Positions 58,115-64,000 of a DNA stretch of 64,000 bases are shown in pieces. The notes beneath the pieces were generated by a model. The model made no database searches. It saw only the letters and a program-made list of their open reading frames with translations, and was not told the origin of the DNA. Both the position numbers and the translations under genes were made by a program. Within the stretch, counting starts at the first letter, position 1. Every line of letters starts with the position of its first letter. Source of the DNA: an uncultured Nitrospiraceae bacterium (GTDB lineage Bacteria; Nitrospirota; Nitrospiria; Nitrospirales; Nitrospiraceae); assembly GCA_963730935.1 (NCBI GenBank), contig CAVSTP010000002.1, forward strand, positions 128,001 through 192,000. The letters run 5' to 3'.

Positions 58115-59191
58115 TCACCGTCCGGCAGTCCCGATGATCCGTTCCACACGATCATCACGGCCGCCGAGGTTTCGGTACTTGTGATACTGCGCCAGAGCGC
58201 GCGGCATGTCCTTACGGTGCAGCTCGTAAAACACGCCCAGATTATAGTGGGCTTCGGCGTAGTCGGGTTTCAACGCCACGGCCTTCTCGTATTCCTGTTC
58301 CGCCTCTTCGAGCTTGTTCATGCTGGTATAAATCACGCCGAGATTCATGTGCGCCTCGGCATACTCGGGCCGATACCGGATGACTTCGAGAAACTCCCGT
58401 TCCGCCTCGCTGGGTTTGTTCTGGCTGCGTAGAATAAATCCCAGGTTGTAATGGGCGTCCACGAGGTTGGGCTTGGCCGCAATCGCCTGCCGGTACGCAT
58501 AGGCGGCTTCCAGCAGGTCATTGTTCCGTTCTGCCAGACGGCCCGCCTGATACCATCCGTCGGCGTTTGTGGGGTGGGCTTTCGTCAACCGTGCGAGCAG
58601 CTTCCGGGCGGAGTCGTTGTTGCCCTCTGCTTCGTACAACATGGCCAGCCCGAAAAGTCCGTCCGCACTGGTGGGACGAACGGCGAGGAGGCGCTGATAC
58701 ACCTGCTTCGCAGCGGGAATGTCGTGCCGGCTTTCATAGAGCCGGGCAAGATCAAGATAGGAGTCCTCGTGCTTCGGCTCAATCTCGAGGGCCCGCTTGA
58801 GCGTCTGTTCCGCCTCTGTGGCCTTGCCTTGCGCGAGATACACTTCCGCCAAATCATTGAGCGCATCAGGGTACGCAGGCTTCAGCTTGAGCGCGTGCGT
58901 AAACGCATCGGCTGCCTCGCGGGGCCTTTTCTTGGCTTTGAAATAGAGTTGCCCCAACAGGTGATAGGCTTCGGCCGTGGCGCCGGACTCCACCGATTTC
59001 TCCAAAAACGCGATCGCCGCGTCAGCATCGCCGGACCTCCAGAGTTCCGTCGCCTGTTCGACCGCACGTTTACTGGAATCAGAGGGCGTTGCAGTACGAA
59101 GAAGCCCGGGTAAGAGCAGCACCCCACCAATGACGATCGACATGAGCAGCAGTGGTCGTGCAGGTGCCGTCAAGAGAACGCTCCCTACCAA
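58115..59191 (-). CDS. TPR-repeat protein
   Basis: Repeated PxYAEAHYNLG-type TPRs; hydrophobic N-terminus; start uncertain. Confidence 0.88.
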   Translation of the reverse strand: MVGSVLLTAPARPLLLMSIVIGGVLLLPGLLRTATPSDSSKRAVEQATELWRSGDADAAIAFLEKSVESGATAEAYHLLGQLYFKAKKRPREAADAFTHALKLKPAYPDALNDLAEVYLAQGKATEAEQTLKRALEIEPKHEDSYLDLARLYESRHDIPAAKQVYQRLLAVRPTSADGLFGLAMLYEAEGNNDSARKLLARLTKAHPTNADGWYQAGRLAERNNDLLEAAYAYRQAIAAKPNLVDAHYNLGFILRSQNKPSEAEREFLEVIRYRPEYAEAHMNLGVIYTSMNKLEEAEQEYEKAVALKPDYAEAHYNLGVFYELHRKDMPRALAQYHKYRNLGGRDDRVERIIGTAGR

Positions 59192-59270
59192 CGTTGCAGT
59201 CCGTACCGAACTATACGGTGGGTTGGCAGTGAAATCAACGCGAACAGCACCCTGTGATCAAAACCTCGAG

Positions 59271-61622
59271 CTAGAACAGTCCCAGCGTCACACCACCGTA
59301 AATGGCTCGGCCGTACCCGGCAAAGAACGCCTGTTGCCCGGCCGCTTGCGCCGTGGTTTCCCCCGTGACCACCTGGCCTGACGCGGCATATTTCATGTTC
59401 GCGATGTTGTCCACTTGGAGATAGAACTTGGCAAAACGGAACCAGGAATTGTTCACCTCTACAGTCTTATGGACGTTCACCGTCCCGATGAAATATGAGG
59501 GAATCCCAAATGTATTATTGTTGTTCAAGAAGTAGCTGTTGAAGTAATTGCCTTCGACCCAGCCTCCCCATCCGGACGGTTGATGATCGTACTCTACCTT
59601 CAAGTTCAGAATATCGGTCGGCACGTTGGGCACGTTCTTTCCATCGCGCACCAAAAATCCTGCAGCGGTCCGGTCGGAAAAATTAATGTACTTGGCATCG
59701 ATATGCGTATAGGCTCCTGAGAAGCGCAATCCCGACAATGGACGCCAATCGTATCGCGCTTCGATTCCGCGGTACTGCGATGAGTCGGCATTGACCGAGG
59801 CCGTATTCGATCCGGAAATCGTCTGGGTGATGATTTCGTTCTTGAAGAACGTCCAAAACCCGACGAGTTCGACGATCAGATCCTTCGTCAGTCTCGATTC
59901 CGTGCCGATCTCATTATTCCAATTCTTCTGCGGCTTCAAATTGAAATTTGCCCCGGGGAGACCGGTGATCGGATCCCTCGTAAGATTGCCGAACGTCGGG
60001 ATAGCATATCCGGTCGAGCTCCTGATCCAATGCCGATAGCCTTCCGCCGGCTTCCATGTGAGTGATGCTTCAGGTGCCCAATTTGTGTAGTCGCGGGTCG
60101 CGCTGGGCCTCGACGCCACTGCGCCGGAATTGTCATAGTTGATGGTGTCAATGGTGAGTTGCGACTGCTCAAACCCAAGGCCTGCAGCCAGAATCCATTT
60201 TGGAACGAATTCCAGTTCCTCGCGAAAACGGCCTCCGATGTTATTGATTCTTCCCCGATTGTTCTGAAGCAACGTTCCTCTGGTTCCAAATCCGGTCGCC
60301 AGATTCTGGAACGTCTCTCCCTCCTGTTCCATATTATTCAGAAAGAAACCGACGTAACTTTTGAGCGGCATCTCTCCGAGTCGACCATCGTGTCGCAAGT
60401 CCGTGTAGGTCTTGTAGTTGGGATTGACGTTATCGGTGATTTGGGAGAAATATTGGTTGATGTCTTTCACGTCATAGTCGGCTTCGATCGTGAGCACCGT
60501 ATTGGCATTGAGTTGACGCTCGTACATGCCTCCGACGATCGTACGCCGATCGATACGCTGCTGATGGAGTAGTTCGGCATTCGCGCAGGCGGGATTGTAG
60601 GTTCCGGGTGTACAGGGCGTCTGGGCACCGCCGGCCTGGCGATCGTCCGCATTGAATTGCGCCTCCGTCAATCTGGTCGGTACGCGCGTATCCAACCAGT
60701 TTGAAATCGCCTTGAAATAAAAACTCTGCTTGTCGTCGATGGTGAACCGCAAATTGAAGTTCAAGGTCTGAGTATTGTAGTCGCTGTTTTTGATGAATCC
60801 ATCTTCGGCCACATTGCTGGCGAACAAGGATACATCAAGGTTTTGGTATTGCTTCCCTACGGCGAAGGCCTGCTTGAAAAAGCCATACGATCCTCCGGAC
60901 AGGAAGGTTTCAAAGCCGTTGATGTCGCTGCCGCGCCTGGTCCTGAAGTGGACCATGCCCCCGAGCGCGTAATTGTCGTACAGCGACGACGATGCCCCCC
61001 GGATAACCTCTGTGCTTCTCATGAACCAGGGGTCTTGCATGTCGAGTCGCGACAACCCGTCGGATTGCGTCTGGCTGAACCCGTCTTCGTAGATTTTGAT
61101 ATCACGAACCGCGAATGTGGTCTTCGCCCCCTGCCCACGGATCATGATGCTGAAGTCGCGCGGGCCGTTCGCCTGGCGAAGCGCGATGCCAGGTAGCGAC
61201 TGAAGTGACTCCTGCATCGTACGAGTCGGCTGGGAATCTGTCTCCGCCGGCACAGTGGCATCCAACGAGATTCCCTCGGGTCGTTTTTGCAGTCGGTTGC
61301 TGACGATGCTCATGTCGGCAAGGTCATAATGCGGTACTGCTGTTGCTTGAGCCTCCCCCGTCGCTTCAGGTTCGGCGTGTTCCTTGATGATAGCGGGGCG
61401 TTCGGCTTCCGGTTTGGCGCTCTCCTTTTGCTGCTGAATCTCGTCCAGTTCTTTCAATATATCGTTGAGCTGCTCGCGCAATTCCTGTTCGCGTGATGAG
61501 CCGGTCGGACCGGCGGACGGCGCATCCTGGGCGAACGCCTCGCCTCCTCCGGCCATGAATGTCGTCAGGCATCCGATCAAAATTGCGCATCTCAGCGCGA
61601 CGGCACCTATACGTTCAAACAT
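59271..61622 (-). CDS. TonB-dependent receptor
   Basis: AAGGAG SD; signal; plug IMIRGQG..EVIRGASSSLY...ALGG; DNIANMKY; terminal F. Confidence 0.9.
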   Translation of the reverse strand: MFERIGAVALRCAILIGCLTTFMAGGGEAFAQDAPSAGPTGSSREQELREQLNDILKELDEIQQQKESAKPEAERPAIIKEHAEPEATGEAQATAVPHYDLADMSIVSNRLQKRPEGISLDATVPAETDSQPTRTMQESLQSLPGIALRQANGPRDFSIMIRGQGAKTTFAVRDIKIYEDGFSQTQSDGLSRLDMQDPWFMRSTEVIRGASSSLYDNYALGGMVHFRTRRGSDINGFETFLSGGSYGFFKQAFAVGKQYQNLDVSLFASNVAEDGFIKNSDYNTQTLNFNLRFTIDDKQSFYFKAISNWLDTRVPTRLTEAQFNADDRQAGGAQTPCTPGTYNPACANAELLHQQRIDRRTIVGGMYERQLNANTVLTIEADYDVKDINQYFSQITDNVNPNYKTYTDLRHDGRLGEMPLKSYVGFFLNNMEQEGETFQNLATGFGTRGTLLQNNRGRINNIGGRFREELEFVPKWILAAGLGFEQSQLTIDTINYDNSGAVASRPSATRDYTNWAPEASLTWKPAEGYRHWIRSSTGYAIPTFGNLTRDPITGLPGANFNLKPQKNWNNEIGTESRLTKDLIVELVGFWTFFKNEIITQTISGSNTASVNADSSQYRGIEARYDWRPLSGLRFSGAYTHIDAKYINFSDRTAAGFLVRDGKNVPNVPTDILNLKVEYDHQPSGWGGWVEGNYFNSYFLNNNNTFGIPSYFIGTVNVHKTVEVNNSWFRFAKFYLQVDNIANMKYAASGQVVTGETTAQAAGQQAFFAGYGRAIYGGVTLGLF

Positions 61623-61652
61623 GATGCGGCTCCTTACGTCATGAACGACACG

Positions 61653-61692
61653 CGTCCACGGGCGCACTTATTGCCTTTGCGGACCGTGGACG
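61653..61692 (-). promoter_or_regulatory. Stem-loop between the DUF2946-like ORF and the receptor RBS
   Basis: Perfect 9-bp stem CGTCCACGG...CCGTGGACG with inner CGCA/TGCG pairing. Confidence 0.55.
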
Positions 61693-61722
61693 ATTTAGGA
61701 TGAATTTCGTTGGAGAAACGAG

Positions 61723-62025
61723 TCAGCGAGGAGGTCCGCGGGAATGTATCAGAGCGGCAAAGAGACGCGTCTGTGGTGCGGCGCTGTATAATCGCAGCAG
61801 AGCGACCACAGCAAAGACGACGCCAAGGGGAAGACCGGCATGAATGGTGATAGTGGGGTTGGCCTGGCAGGCCCAGGCACACAGCGCCGAGTGCGCTACG
61901 TGATCGGGGCTGTGGTGATGAGCCTGCTGTTCTGCATGTAGCAAGAGACAGCAAGAAGTGCCGATTGCCAGGACGGCATAGAGCACGACCATCCCAATGG
62001 CGAGTGGGGCAATCAGGCGTTTCAT
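61723..62025 (-). CDS. DUF2946/CruR/CutF-like leader protein with C-terminal RGPP
   Basis: Signal-like N-terminus; His-rich AHHHSPDHVAH; CAWAC; ends HSRGPPR; directly upstream of the TonB receptor. Confidence 0.75.
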   Translation of the reverse strand: MKRLIAPLAIGMVVLYAVLAIGTSCCLLLHAEQQAHHHSPDHVAHSALCAWACQANPTITIHAGLPLGVVFAVVALLRLYSAAPQTRLFAALIHSRGPPR

Positions 62026-62594
62026 GGTTGCCGGTTGAGGACGTGTCGGACGAGGGCGATCGATTCTTGGCTGTCCCAGGCTCGGGGCCCCACGGCCCGG
62101 CCGAGCGCGTGACCGTTCTGATCGATCAACACGGTGGTCGGGAGTCCACGCACCGTGAAGAGGCGAGAGAGTTCCTGGTCTTCATCGAAGAGCACGGGCA
62201 GCTTGATGCCGAGATGATCGAGAAACTGCTTGATCCCTTTCGGATGGATGTCCGCGGTGACGGTCACCACGAGAACCTGTCCAGGGTCGAATTGCGACTG
62301 TAGCCGTGCGAGCGAGGGCATCTCCTCCTTGCACGGCCCGCACCAGGTGGCCCAAAAATTGAGCAACACGACCTTGCCTGCCAAATGCTGCGAACCTAGC
62401 GTATCGCCGTCGAGCGCCTTGAGATCAAATGCCACCGCCGGATCGCCTGCAGACGTTCGTGTCACACCGAGCGCCCCGAAGGGATCGCCTGCTGCGGAAG
62501 GGGCACCGTACAGCGGAGCGCCGGAACCCGACAGCCCCACACATGCGGCAACGACCACCGCACAAGCCATGCGCCGTAGTCTGCTACGGTCCAT
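62022..62594 (-). CDS. TlpA/ResA family thioredoxin
   Basis: VVLLNFWATWCGPCKEEMP, GLPTT. Confidence 0.92.
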   Translation of the reverse strand: MDRSRLRRMACAVVVAACVGLSGSGAPLYGAPSAAGDPFGALGVTRTSAGDPAVAFDLKALDGDTLGSQHLAGKVVLLNFWATWCGPCKEEMPSLARLQSQFDPGQVLVVTVTADIHPKGIKQFLDHLGIKLPVLFDEDQELSRLFTVRGLPTTVLIDQNGHALGRAVGPRAWDSQESIALVRHVLNRQP

Positions 62595-63891
62595 TGGGTC
62601 GGATCTCCGCTTCTGCCACCGAGACTCCTGGCAACTGCATCGTCTGAACCACCAGACGATGAGCTGGCATCGCATGCTCTTTCCACCCCATCACCACCGT
62701 CCCCTGCTGATTGACGGCAATCGTCGGCGTTTGTCCGTTTTTTTCGTTGAGTTTTCGTGGCGCGCTAAATGACTGTCCTCGGTCGAGTGAATGGCTCATC
62801 ACGACTTCGCGGCGAACCGGTGATTGTTCCTCCCAGATCACGATGACTCGTCCCTCCGGATCGACGGCCATCTGAGGATGGTCGGGGAAAGTGCCCTTTG
62901 AACGGTTCAGCTGCCTTTTTTCGGAGAACCTCTTCCCTTGATCGTCAGAATAGGCCAGATAGATCGCGGGCGTCTCGTCGGCGCCTTCCGTATACCAAAC
63001 GACATAGAGACGTCCTGACTGGTCGACACCCAACGACGCTGGCCGGTGCGGGCAAGCCTGATACACCCATCGGTCATTGCCGACGACGACTGGCGGCAAA
63101 AACGTCTGTCCGCCGTCCGTCGATCGTGCGACCACGGTCTCACGGATGTTGCCGTCGAAAATTTTGCGCCAGGCGACATAGACGACCCCGTCGGCAGACA
63201 TGGCAATCGAAGTCCGGCAGCAGACACAGGTATTGTCATCAACTTTAAAGTTCTTCGTGATCGTTCGGCCCTGGTCTGTCGATCTTGCCACGAAGGTGCC
63301 GGGCTCCTTCTTCCCTTCCCGGCCGTCGATCCAGGCGAAATGCAGCACGCCGTCCGGAGCAACATTGAGCGCATCGAAAGTGTGCTGAATCACCTGGTCA
63401 TCGTCGTTGACCAATGTCGATGGGCCGAACGAGCGTCCGCCGTCAGTGGACCGACTCAGTCTCAACTCTCCCGAAAATGGCTTGTCGGGAGTCATCTTCG
63501 GATGGGTCATCGACCAGGTGACAAAGACGTCCTGGCCCCGGACGATGAGGGCCGGAGCCTCCTGGCGGTAATACGGACTTTCACCAGGCTGATTGACGGC
63601 GACTGGAGCGCCCAGCGGGCCGCCCGGCGCTTTCGATCGGGCGAACAGTATGGTGCGCGTGTCCTTGTCCTCTTCGACCCAAGCAGCCGCAATCATGCCT
63701 TCATCGTCGATCTGGACGGAGGGACCCACCACACCTTTTACATTATGTACCGTCACATATTTAGGTCCGAGTGCGAGAGAAGATTCCGGGGACTCGGCCG
63801 AGCGCAGTTCCGTCGACCACCCAACGGCAAGGGCAACGGCCACCGTGCACGCCCAGGACAGACGGTGTATTTTGTGTGATGGCTTGCTCAC
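62584..63891 (-). CDS. Asp-box (sialidase-like) beta-propeller protein with CxCC and CPH motifs
   Basis: Repeated SxDxGxxF; TCVCCRT; WVYQACPHRP; signal peptide. Confidence 0.82.
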   Translation of the reverse strand: MSKPSHKIHRLSWACTVAVALAVGWSTELRSAESPESSLALGPKYVTVHNVKGVVGPSVQIDDEGMIAAAWVEEDKDTRTILFARSKAPGGPLGAPVAVNQPGESPYYRQEAPALIVRGQDVFVTWSMTHPKMTPDKPFSGELRLSRSTDGGRSFGPSTLVNDDDQVIQHTFDALNVAPDGVLHFAWIDGREGKKEPGTFVARSTDQGRTITKNFKVDDNTCVCCRTSIAMSADGVVYVAWRKIFDGNIRETVVARSTDGGQTFLPPVVVGNDRWVYQACPHRPASLGVDQSGRLYVVWYTEGADETPAIYLAYSDDQGKRFSEKRQLNRSKGTFPDHPQMAVDPEGRVIVIWEEQSPVRREVVMSHSLDRGQSFSAPRKLNEKNGQTPTIAVNQQGTVVMGWKEHAMPAHRLVVQTMQLPGVSVAEAEIRPNGP

Positions 63892-63906
63892 GGCATCCCC
63901 GCCCTT

Positions 63907-64000
63907 TTAATTCGCCAGGCTGTACACGATCGGAAGGCTCACGACGATCTCGGGTTTTCCGATAGCATGCTTCATATGCAGCGGGCACGCGAGTTTCACT
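63907..64000 (-). CDS. C-terminal end of a TonB-like protein (partial)
   Basis: Manual translation ...VKLACPLHMKHAIGKPEIVVSLPIVYSLAN* parallels the end of the TonB at 49253 (AFPVSMDEVIDRPQIVMRIPITYSRD). Confidence 0.6.
   Translation of the reverse strand, partial: VKLACPLHMKHAIGKPEIVVSLPIVYSLAN

Noticed and set aside
62584..63891. Literal sialidase activity
   Set aside because: Only the Asp boxes are shared; I could not identify the RIP motif or arginine triad of true sialidases
1..64000. CRISPR array, tRNA/rRNA genes, transposases, defence systems
   Set aside because: No spaced direct repeats, tRNA or rRNA signatures, or DDE/integrase/nuclease motifs were seen; the window is almost fully accounted for by CDSs

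Overview
A 64 kb GC-rich bacterial chromosomal segment. Gene content and the intergenic repeat family suggest Nitrospira/Nitrospirota (inference). From left to right: (i) the start of the dcw cluster (rsmH-ftsL-ftsI-murE-murF-mraY-murD), with MraZ-type boxes but no mraZ gene; (ii) asnS, yajQ and cstA; (iii) a sigma54-type operon (small protein, PilZ, EamA, PilZ); (iv) a divergent 2-aminoethylphosphonate (AEP)/phosphonolipid cluster whose PEP mutase has a non-canonical catalytic loop; (v) three more PilZ genes and a TetR-RND efflux operon; (vi) a run of hypothetical genes, including a FYVE/PHD-like C4HC3 zinc-finger protein; (vii) ispA-hpnA and a His-less GAF histidine pseudokinase; (viii) a NikR/TonB-receptor unit divergent from a DUF4331-TonB-TPR-HupE/UreJ operon; (ix) degQ, copA, dsbA and slp; (x) a probable copper-uptake operon with a DUF2946-like RGPP arrest peptide ahead of a TonB receptor. 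Two copies of a palindromic MITE/REP-like element are present. I saw no rRNA, tRNA, CRISPR array, transposase or prophage. All family calls come from motif recognition by eye; no database searches were run.
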